From Candidatus Poseidoniaceae archaeon (GTDB taxonomy: Archaea; Thermoplasmatota; Poseidoniia; Poseidoniales; Poseidoniaceae), in NCBI GenBank assembly GCA_965662715.1, contig CBFIIS010000004.1, positions 1 to 58,511 of the forward strand: 58,511 nt of DNA, read 5' to 3'. The notes under the pieces are model-generated. The model was not told the DNA's origin and searched no databases. It saw only the letters and a list, made by a program, of their open reading frames with translations. Below, piece after piece: positions 52,801-58,511 of this stretch. The translations under genes were made by a program, and so were the position numbers. How positions within the stretch are numbered: the first letter of the stretch is position 1; every line of letters starts with the position of its first letter.

Positions 52801-54643
52801 TTGATGGGAAGTTACCGTTGTTGTCAGCATTCCACTGAATTCCACTGTGGTTTCCATTCATGGTGATGAGATCCAGTTCTGCAGCAGCATGGTCCAATGA
52901 GATCGCTGGAACGCCGGGTGAATCCATATCGATGGTTGCACCAAGAATTTGGACGCGCCCACCTTGTTGGCCAAGCGTCAATCCCTGATTATCAACAACC
53001 AAAGGTGAACGGGTGTGGTTGTTCTCTTCAAGGAGCAAATCATACAACCACAAATCAACAGAATTCAAGGCATAGAGGCCGGAACCTGAAGAACCTGTGA
53101 CGGTGCAATGGCGACAAGTCACGTCGCCTGATGAGGATTCAATATCGTTGGATTTTTCATAAAATAGACCTGCTTGGTCACCAAGAGAGGACGAGGCAGG
53201 ATCTGCACCATTGTCATGTGCGCTGAGGTTCTCGAAGGTTACATATCTGGCGTCATAGACATGAGCACCTGATTCACCGTTGGAAGAGAGATTGAGCCCG
53301 TCGACAATCACAGTGGCTTTATCGATGTACAACCCGTCCTTGGTGTTGTTGTGAAGGTTCCAATCTGAACCTTGCATTGCGCCTCCGGAAGTCGAGGTAA
53401 CCCCCGCTCCAACCGAGCCAGAGACCGTGAGGCCGTCGAAATGGGGTGCAAAGAAGGAGGAGCGAATGGCAACGCCAGATTCGTGAGGCCCTTGCCCGGG
53501 ATCACCTGAATCAACAACAGTGAGGTTCCTGAAGGTCGTCGAACTATCGACAAAATACAATCGAACGCCAACGGTGGTTGAATCTTGGACAAGGGTGTTT
53601 TCAAACCATGCTCCGGTAGCGTTGACATCGATGGCAGCATAGCCAATATTGGCTGTTGTTGCGCCGGAACCGCCAGTTCCGAGAACCGTGAGATTGGTGA
53701 AATCAGCCGTTTCATAATTGGTGTAATTTGTATGATTCAATTTGTCGACATAGACACCTCTGTACATCGAATTGGTCACGGTAGCATCCTTGACCACAGC
53801 CCTTGTGTAGCCACCATCAGCGACATGACGAATCACAATACCATTATCTGATTTATCGATGGTGATGTTGGTGAGCAGCGGTTGGCTGTCCTCAACCCAT
53901 ATCCCTGCGACCATGGCCCATGAAGAACCACTGATGTTGTCCATCACAATGTTGCGAAGCAATCCACCAGAACCGCCCCAGATGTTGATCGCTCTTGTCA
54001 GGTGGTCTGTGAAATAAGCACCATCAACAATCGGCGTACTTCCAGCTCCAATCGATAGACCAAGTCCATATCGCCAATCATTTTGGAAGGGGACCAAGCG
54101 TCCTGCTTGGTCGATGTAGAGATCTCGAATTGTTGGGGATGAACTGCTGAAAAGGTCCAGGCCGACTCGGTCCGGGTTGATGATGGTTAGATTGGCAAAG
54201 AATGGATTGCTTCCGTACATGGTTACCCCGTAAATCGAATCCTCAATAGTAAGGTTATCAATGACTGAACCACGGCCGTTGGAACTGCTGTTGAATTGCA
54301 GACCTTCATGGTCTGAGCTCGCAAATGAATACATGACCACTGGGCAGCTTCTGGTGCCCTCAACCGTCAACCGACCTTCGATGTAGATGCGCGCTCCCGC
54401 ACCAAGCTCGATTTGAGTACAAGCACTGACGATGAGTTCATCAAAAACAGCGACGGTATAACTCGTGGTGACGGTCACTGTTCCCGACCATGTTGTTTGG
54501 GCCTTTGGTGAAACTTCGTTTGAATTCAACTCGCCTTCAGCTAATAGGTCCTCGGCAGGAGAAAGGACACCGCCATACGGCATACTCACCAGCAAGCCCA
54601 CTAAGACCAGCGCCAGCCAGTGACGCTGCACATTGGTGTCCAT
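49829..54643 (-). CDS. Giant (about 1604 aa) surface protein: parallel beta-helix region, PKD/Ig-like domains, C-terminal TM anchor and an acidic tail
   Basis: Signal/anchor HWLALVLVGLLVSMPYGG. PbH1-like turns (NLTIEDS.YGV, ANLTIINPD..GL). PKD-like units with a recurring D(P/L)(E/D)GD...W(W/S)SSLDG.L motif. TM MVLVGAIGAFVVLLVAVAMIA (nt about 50045-50107), then a 71-aa tail. The ATG at 54643 is preferred over the GTG at 54667. Confidence 0.85.
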   Translation of the reverse strand: MDTNVQRHWLALVLVGLLVSMPYGGVLSPAEDLLAEGELNSNEVSPKAQTTWSGTVTVTTSYTVAVFDELIVSACTQIELGAGARIYIEGRLTVEGTRSCPVVMYSFASSDHEGLQFNSSSNGRGSVIDNLTIEDSIYGVTMYGSNPFFANLTIINPDRVGLDLFSSSSPTIRDLYIDQAGRLVPFQNDWRYGLGLSIGAGSTPIVDGAYFTDHLTRAINIWGGSGGLLRNIVMDNISGSSWAMVAGIWVEDSQPLLTNITIDKSDNGIVIRHVADGGYTRAVVKDATVTNSMYRGVYVDKLNHTNYTNYETADFTNLTVLGTGGSGATTANIGYAAIDVNATGAWFENTLVQDSTTVGVRLYFVDSSTTFRNLTVVDSGDPGQGPHESGVAIRSSFFAPHFDGLTVSGSVGAGVTSTSGGAMQGSDWNLHNNTKDGLYIDKATVIVDGLNLSSNGESGAHVYDARYVTFENLSAHDNGADPASSSLGDQAGLFYEKSNDIESSSGDVTCRHCTVTGSSGSGLYALNSVDLWLYDLLLEENNHTRSPLVVDNQGLTLGQQGGRVQILGATIDMDSPGVPAISLDHAAAELDLITMNGNHSGIQWNADNNGNFPSSLSRTQISGDTSCLELTDHTALTGYGNTITADCTGSIVFQNSHVNWSSLTDATGAQALQLDSTSSLHLHRPSGVDLTKATIASGATIDVAWDITVWVVNTVNNGIPNAYVNASFDAFEPSLESLTNDLGYLELPNFIGQQWTSTGASSHNIIDVSCGYDSVSNSTSITLDQDRFINCVLPLQNQPPFAIWDTPFDGDVFPSQGAIFFNASDSWDLDNDPLLWTWSSSLDGDLVDSCTGTWQEPNGPSGGVPFTVNTNDTWSCSLSDGIHIITLEVCDDDHCTSLQRTIELVNQAPVLVIDVQPALSPWSELIIARTESVRIDLSQTFDPEGDPMTCWLERSYLGPSDPATSCPSELWMNLTMAEPVPSVFDLTIYASDGLNSPSSFAIPVELFNEVPEPVFEVLRSGNASEDEVTFDGSATVDPEGDVLEIEWWSSLDGQLAWSNESGATMWTGHLSRGVHSIEMRVVDDRPEHINSTKVNSTLISVDNSMPKSIIETPLDTQVYTSSETIWFSANGSGDYDAACFTFPVNGSWHCAESQPFAGSEYLVVVWSSDLDGRLTPEGEDYLIFDGRLSAGTHTITLSLDDGIHEPVLVSRTVEVTTSPPVLDLVSPLDEEIFRSSDPIFWNAVQSVDYDDDNFTLTVRSDLLSEPLLDAVNPGETHISYLPAGTHTMEVTLVDETGLSSSTFLTITVGQSDPIATMITPSNRDSIEAGGVLMLSEDSTDADDDMVAREWRHWAMNGTYSILSTRSMDEVSLMPGEHMISLYIRDSRGGEDEVFANVTVQSSLPRLSNLVYTPTTLIAGELNTLAVSVTMTDADGTTKDVRVTVKYDQQEWQLNLTDADGDGVWEGNLELLPDGAGRPNMKVIATDGEGENANIDVISITLDISDPPSDGRTMVLVGAIGAFVVLLVAVAMIASRRRARFAELDMIESWDAFRSVKPVEPLDSATPISLEGGVTEAATEVEAEIKGEPEEAKPLTGVDLDWDNV
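52673..54415 (-). repeat. Right-handed parallel beta-helix (PbH1-type) repeat region (approximate bounds)
   Basis: Periodic roughly 22-25-aa units with an N(L/I/F)T(I/V)xD/N...G(V/I/L) pattern: NLTIEDSIYGVTMYGS, ANLTIINPDRVGLDLFSS, RNIVMDNISGSSWAMVAG, TNITIDKSDNGIVIRH, TNLTVLGTGG, RNLTVVDSGDP, FENLSAHDNG. Confidence 0.65.
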
Positions 54644-54717
54644 ACCTTGAGGCGCTCGCGAACGCACTTCAAGGGTTCGGCTTGATGCATGCCATGAGCA
54701 TCAGGAGAATCCATGTC

Positions 54718-54730
54718 ATTGCTTAGCAAT
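54718..54730. promoter_or_regulatory. 13-bp palindrome ATTGCTTAGCAAT upstream of the first RAM-domain gene
   Basis: 6-bp arms around one central base, about 30 bp upstream of the ATG at 54761. It lies in the divergent region shared with giant gene D. Confidence 0.25.
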
Positions 54731-54760
54731 CAATAAGACCGGAGTTTCGCTGGCAGGGCT

Positions 54761-54994
54761 ATGCCTGAGGCGTTTGTGTTGTTCAAAACCCTGCCCTCAC
54801 ATGAGCGAGACGTCTACCTTGCACTTTCTGAACATGAGGCCATTGCCGAGGTGCACGCCCTGTATGGGGAATTCGATCTCTTGGTGAGGGTCAGTTCAGA
54901 CAACGCAGGAGATTTAACGTCCATGCTGATGACGGAGTTCAGACGGATTTCTGGTGTAAAAGAAACACAGACCTTAATCGCGGTCGAATACTGA
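54761..54994 (+). CDS. Stand-alone RAM (Lrp/AsnC ligand-binding) domain protein, 77 aa
   Basis: MPEAFVLFKT...EVHALYGEFDLLVRVSSDN...ISGVKETQTLIAVE has the beta-alpha-beta-beta-alpha-beta AsnC_trans_reg pattern and no HTH. Confidence 0.75.
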   Translation: MPEAFVLFKTLPSHERDVYLALSEHEAIAEVHALYGEFDLLVRVSSDNAGDLTSMLMTEFRRISGVKETQTLIAVEY

Positions 54995-55004
54995 GGTGTG
55001 ATGC

Positions 55005-55238
55005 ATGGCTATTGGATTCGTTTTGATCACCACTCAACCTGGTAAAGAGCATGCCGTTCGTACTACCCTTGACGGTATTCAATTTGTCACCGACCGATGG
55101 ATGTTATTTGGAGAATACGATCTCATTGCTCGTGTTCAGGCAGAGGACGAATACACCTTGACTCGTTGCATCGTCGAGGAGATTCGCATCATAGAAGGCA
55201 TTGCTGACACGAAGACATTGATCGGTGCAGAACTCTAA
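55005..55238 (+). CDS. Stand-alone RAM (Lrp/AsnC ligand-binding) domain protein, 77 aa (paralogue)
   Basis: MAIGFVLITT...RWMLFGEYDLIARVQAED...IEGIADTKTLIGAE. 27 of 77 residues are identical to the upstream copy by hand alignment. GAGGTG box upstream. Confidence 0.75.
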   Translation: MAIGFVLITTQPGKEHAVRTTLDGIQFVTDRWMLFGEYDLIARVQAEDEYTLTRCIVEEIRIIEGIADTKTLIGAEL

Positions 55239-57509
55239 TCACAACAGCGAATGCAGTTGAGCTTCAAGCGTTTTTGCTGCCCGTGGACATCCTGCAGCCC
55301 GGTGCTGTGTGATCGCTTCTCGTAAAGCAATGCGACGCATGTTTGGTTGCAATCTGGCTTTACAGGTCCACCAGCGAGCATGAAGGCGATGGAGGGTGGC
55401 GCTGTTGGCAGTATGAGGTGGGTCTGGAATCATGGAGAACATGTGCTTCGCCTTTGGTTGATCGATCACAATGAATCGCTCGACCAAGGATAGACGCAAC
55501 GCATCGGCACGAATTGAGTTGGTTTGTGCTTCAACAGCAGTTTGAATTTCATTGATTGCTATCGCTCGTTGTTCCTCTGACTGGGCTGCGATGAGGTTAG
55601 CTTTCGCTTCCAGACCTTGCAAAAGTGGTTGGGAAAATCCACCAATCGCAGCAAGCGAAGAGCGTAGCCGTTTCGCTTTCTCAAATTCTTTTTCCCAAAG
55701 TGCGAGGGCGTGCTGAATCATTGAAAGGGCGATAAGGGTCACTGAACGTTCATCGGAGCTTTGTTCGGGAATCTTCACCTTTTGCAGGTAGGCCTTCACT
55801 TCTTTTGCTAACGATGAATCTGGTTGATCAAAAACACGATCATCGAGTCGCCTTGATGCGGCGGCGAGTGCCATTCGGTTCTTTTCAGATTGATCACCTT
55901 CTGCAAGACCTTGTTCAATGATCTCGTCTGCGTCCTGAATGCGACCTTCGAGCATGGCCAAGCCAAGTGAGAGATGGCGAGATTCTGCCGATTCGCTCAA
56001 AGCCTCAAGGTGGCGCCGCGCATGATCTGGCTCACACCTTTCAATGGCCACTTTTCCAGCCATATAATGGAGTTGTGAAGGCATCGTTGAGACGTTGATG
56101 GCCTGTTCCAGTAGAACAGAAAAAGCACCCGAATGTGTTTCCAGTAAGCGTTCCATCTCTGCATCAAGTTGTGCATCTATGCCCTCTTCGAGGCTAGCAA
56201 TTCGATGGTAAAGAAGGATGATTTGTTCCTCCGTGGTCTCAGCAATCCCTTCCCAATGCTTGACTGCTGCTCTGTGCAATCCCTGCTTTGTCTCATCATC
56301 GAGGGCAGAACGCCGGACGTTTCTAACGAGGTGTTGAATTTCCATCTTCTTGAGATTTGAGCTCCATCGCAAGAATGCATAATCATCAAGGGTGCCAACC
56401 ACATCACCGTCGAACGCTTTACCCGCTTCGATGGGCATAGGGACCATCACAATGTGATCAAGCCCGTCTCTGGTGGAATGATCAAGCGTTGAAAGAACAA
56501 CATTCTCGACATAGGATTGTACATCTGCACCTGCTTCGGGGAGAGGCGAGCCCTCTTCATGAAGCAAAATGGCCAGCGGGTGGCCTCCAAGGCTTTCTGC
56601 AATATGCATTCGTTCAGACTCCGCGATAGTCTCACCAAGAAGCAGAGCTGCATCTGATACTTGCAAGGATGGCACTGCAATTCGTGGCAGTGTCTGGGGA
56701 AATGAAAGTGGTTCTCGACCAATCAAAAGCATGTGAGCCGATTGAGTCTTCTCAAGTTCCTTGCAGAACGACCGTATGGAATCAATGTGGCGCTCCGGAA
56801 TCATATGCGCATCATCAATGACAAGGACATCTCCTTTACATTTGAGCGCAGCATATTCTGCAAGCGCTTGATTATTTTTGGGGAACGGACCACGGAATCC
56901 CCATTGCCCACACAACCCATGGAGATCTGAAAATTCGTCGATTTGAGCCCATCGAACGGTGGTTCCAGAGTCCAATAAATGTTCACTGACAAGACCGCCA
57001 ACTGTGGTTTTCCCGATCCCGGGAAGGCCACTTAACACCATACAAGTGGCTTGTAACACCTGTTCGCTGACTTCCGCTGCGAGGGTATCACGACCATGCA
57101 CTTCGCCAAGAATAGGCACCTCCCCGAAGGATTTTCCACGAGATGATTTTTTTGATACGCTTTGTGTTCCGAGAGATTCAAACAATGTCCGTCCTTTTTC
57201 AGTAAGGTGATAGACCTGCCTTCTGCGAGAACCACCTCCAATCACGTGAGCTTTGCGTTTGAAGACCAGATCGAGTTTCTCAAGATCGCTGAGCGGTGCA
57301 TTGAGCGCACTCCGTACAACGCCAAGTGCCTCGCTGATACCAGGTAAGGAGAGATGTCGCGTGACGTCCCATGCTTTTTCCATGGCTGGGGAAAACCCAC
57401 CAAGCCAGCGCAAAATACGCTCTTGGGGGACGGAAAGTTCTCCAACCATAATCGACGCAGGCACAGGTTCCTTTCTAACCACCGCTTTTATTGCATCATC
57501 TTGTTTCAT
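55239..57509 (-). CDS. STAND-class P-loop NTPase with an N-terminal winged-helix domain and a C-terminal helical (TPR-like) repeat region
   Basis: wHTH: LPGISEALGVVRSALNAPLSDLEKLDLVFKRKAHVIGGGSRRRQVYHLTEKG. Walker A GLPGIGKT. Walker B DVLVIDDAH. NB-ARC-like GxP motif LGGHPLAILL. About 400 aa of all-helical repeats follow. Confidence 0.75.
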   Translation of the reverse strand: MKQDDAIKAVVRKEPVPASIMVGELSVPQERILRWLGGFSPAMEKAWDVTRHLSLPGISEALGVVRSALNAPLSDLEKLDLVFKRKAHVIGGGSRRRQVYHLTEKGRTLFESLGTQSVSKKSSRGKSFGEVPILGEVHGRDTLAAEVSEQVLQATCMVLSGLPGIGKTTVGGLVSEHLLDSGTTVRWAQIDEFSDLHGLCGQWGFRGPFPKNNQALAEYAALKCKGDVLVIDDAHMIPERHIDSIRSFCKELEKTQSAHMLLIGREPLSFPQTLPRIAVPSLQVSDAALLLGETIAESERMHIAESLGGHPLAILLHEEGSPLPEAGADVQSYVENVVLSTLDHSTRDGLDHIVMVPMPIEAGKAFDGDVVGTLDDYAFLRWSSNLKKMEIQHLVRNVRRSALDDETKQGLHRAAVKHWEGIAETTEEQIILLYHRIASLEEGIDAQLDAEMERLLETHSGAFSVLLEQAINVSTMPSQLHYMAGKVAIERCEPDHARRHLEALSESAESRHLSLGLAMLEGRIQDADEIIEQGLAEGDQSEKNRMALAAASRRLDDRVFDQPDSSLAKEVKAYLQKVKIPEQSSDERSVTLIALSMIQHALALWEKEFEKAKRLRSSLAAIGGFSQPLLQGLEAKANLIAAQSEEQRAIAINEIQTAVEAQTNSIRADALRLSLVERFIVIDQPKAKHMFSMIPDPPHTANSATLHRLHARWWTCKARLQPNMRRIALREAITQHRAAGCPRAAKTLEAQLHSLL

Positions 57510-57550
57510 CTAAGGGTTTCCTTTTTTGGGGGCGGCGGTAAGGAAAGGGC

Positions 57551-58511
57551 ATGCCTGTCACCCTCGCTTCGGTGGATTTCCCCAAGCGGCCAGGGGTGTA
57601 TTTGTTCAAAACCAACCAAGGACGAGTCTTGTACGTCGGTAAAGCAACAAAATTGAATGAGCGGATTCGCTCTTATTTTGCACAGACGCCAGACCGGCAA
57701 ATGATCCCTGAACTCGTGAAAAGGTCAGACGACATCGAATGCATTGTCACGAATTCTCCAGAAGAAGCCCTGATCCTTGAACGGCAATTGATTCGCCAGC
57801 ACAAACCAAGATACAATTCAATGCTAAAGGATGACAAATCCTATCCGTATTTGGTATTGACAAAGGAAGAAATCCCTCGAATCATGTACACGCGGCATCC
57901 ACCAAAATCAAGCCTGAGGTGGGGACCGTTTCCTAACGCAGGTGCAGCTAAACAAGTGATGCAACTTCTTCGGAGGCAATTTGGCATCCGAGATTGCAAA
58001 GAACTTCTTCCACAAGGTTGTTTGTCGATGCACATAGGCCTGTGTGCAGGACCATGCATTGATGCGACGGGCTACAGTGAGAACGTCAATACTGCTCGCA
58101 GGGTGCTTAACGGAGACGCTGCTGCTTTGCTCGAAGAACTCGCCAAAGAAATGGACGCCGCCTCTGAAACGATGAATTTTGAGCAAGCGGCTGCAAAGCG
58201 GGACACCATTCGTGCAGTGCGAGCCACAACTGGTCAGCACGTTGTCTCCAGTAAGGTCTATCGCGACTGCGATGCAATCGGTATTGTAGCCCGAGGGGAA
58301 ATGGCGGCTGTAGTGGTGATCCATGCCGACCAAGGTGTGGTCAAGGGACAGGAAGTCTGGCCGATGGTTCATCGTGGCGACATTGGTGAAACCGTGGCCA
58401 ATTTCGTTTCTGAGCACTATGTAAATCGACGACCTCCACGTCTCTTGCTGACGCCTACGCCATTGCTCGATGGTGTTGAAGAGTGGTTGTGCAGCCGTCG
58501 CGAAGCCAAGG
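57551..58511 (+). CDS. uvrC: Excinuclease ABC subunit C (N-terminal about 320 aa; the 3' end lies outside the window)
   Basis: Not in the ORF track because there is no stop before the window end. I hand-translated it from the ATG at 57551. GIY-YIG domain: PGVYLFKTNQGRVLYVGKATKLNERIRSYF...EEALILERQLIRQHKPRYN. Cys-rich region CLSMHIGLCAGPC. UVR domain MNFEQAAKRDTIRAV. Confidence 0.9.
   Translation, partial: MPVTLASVDFPKRPGVYLFKTNQGRVLYVGKATKLNERIRSYFAQTPDRQMIPELVKRSDDIECIVTNSPEEALILERQLIRQHKPRYNSMLKDDKSYPYLVLTKEEIPRIMYTRHPPKSSLRWGPFPNAGAAKQVMQLLRRQFGIRDCKELLPQGCLSMHIGLCAGPCIDATGYSENVNTARRVLNGDAAALLEELAKEMDAASETMNFEQAAAKRDTIRAVRATTGQHVVSSKVYRDCDAIGIVARGEMAAVVVIHADQGVVKGQEVWPMVHRGDIGETVANFVSEHYVNRRPPRLLLTPTPLLDGVEEWLCSRREAK

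Noticed and set aside
57908-58417. 169-aa minus-strand ORF at the right end
   Set aside because: It is antisense to the clearly recognisable uvrC reading frame (GIY-YIG, Cys-rich and UVR motifs) and has no motifs of its own.

Overview
This is a gene-dense 58.5-kb chromosomal segment with about 40 protein genes and 2 tRNAs. I saw no rRNA, CRISPR array, transposase or integrase.

Domain call (inference): archaeal, most like a planktonic Thermoplasmatota / Marine Group II-type genome.
- Supporting: tRNA-Phe carries G37, and tRNA-Gln has A1-U72 with A73.
- Supporting: a two-subunit 2-oxoacid:ferredoxin oxidoreductase, a long NFACT protein and stand-alone RAM-domain proteins.
- Supporting: giant adhesin-like proteins with a single C-terminal membrane anchor.
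- Against a simple picture: several housekeeping genes look bacterial-type (RNase PH, UvrC, MogA, thiolase, TPMT).

Housekeeping content: aconitase, OFOR alpha/beta, thiolase, cyclophilin, glutaredoxin, DEAD-box helicase, RNase PH, MogA, dihydroorotase, M32 and M29-like peptidases, thiamine pyrophosphokinase, quinone oxidoreductase, NFACT, and a partial UvrC at the right edge.

Surface proteins: about 21.6 kb of the 58.5 kb encodes five secreted, C-terminally anchored proteins of 2226, 2097, 1604, 847 and 439 aa. They are built from FG-GAP-like, thrombospondin-type-3-like Ca-binding, PKD/Ig-like and parallel beta-helix repeats. A divergent GT4/GT2 glycosyltransferase pair sits next to them.

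Best candidates for undescribed biology:
1. A tightly coupled minus-strand cluster (42212-48303): GT4, TSP3-repeat adhesin, Ig-like anchored protein, DUF4105 membrane protein.
2. A wHTH / NB-ARC-like STAND NTPase / helical-repeat protein (55239-57509), next to two tandem stand-alone RAM-domain genes.
3. Structured cytoplasmic tails on the giant adhesins: a duplicated Q/Y-rich 26-aa module, and a poly-Asp plus Pro/basic tail.
4. Eukaryote-like low-complexity proteins: a DEAD-box helicase with a long RGG/GYR tail, and an EF-hand, Q/N-rich, zinc-ribbon protein.
5. A NUDIX / LACTB2-like MBL fusion.
6. A membrane-anchored DUF2135-like protein.

All family assignments come from motif reading by eye. 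No database search was run.
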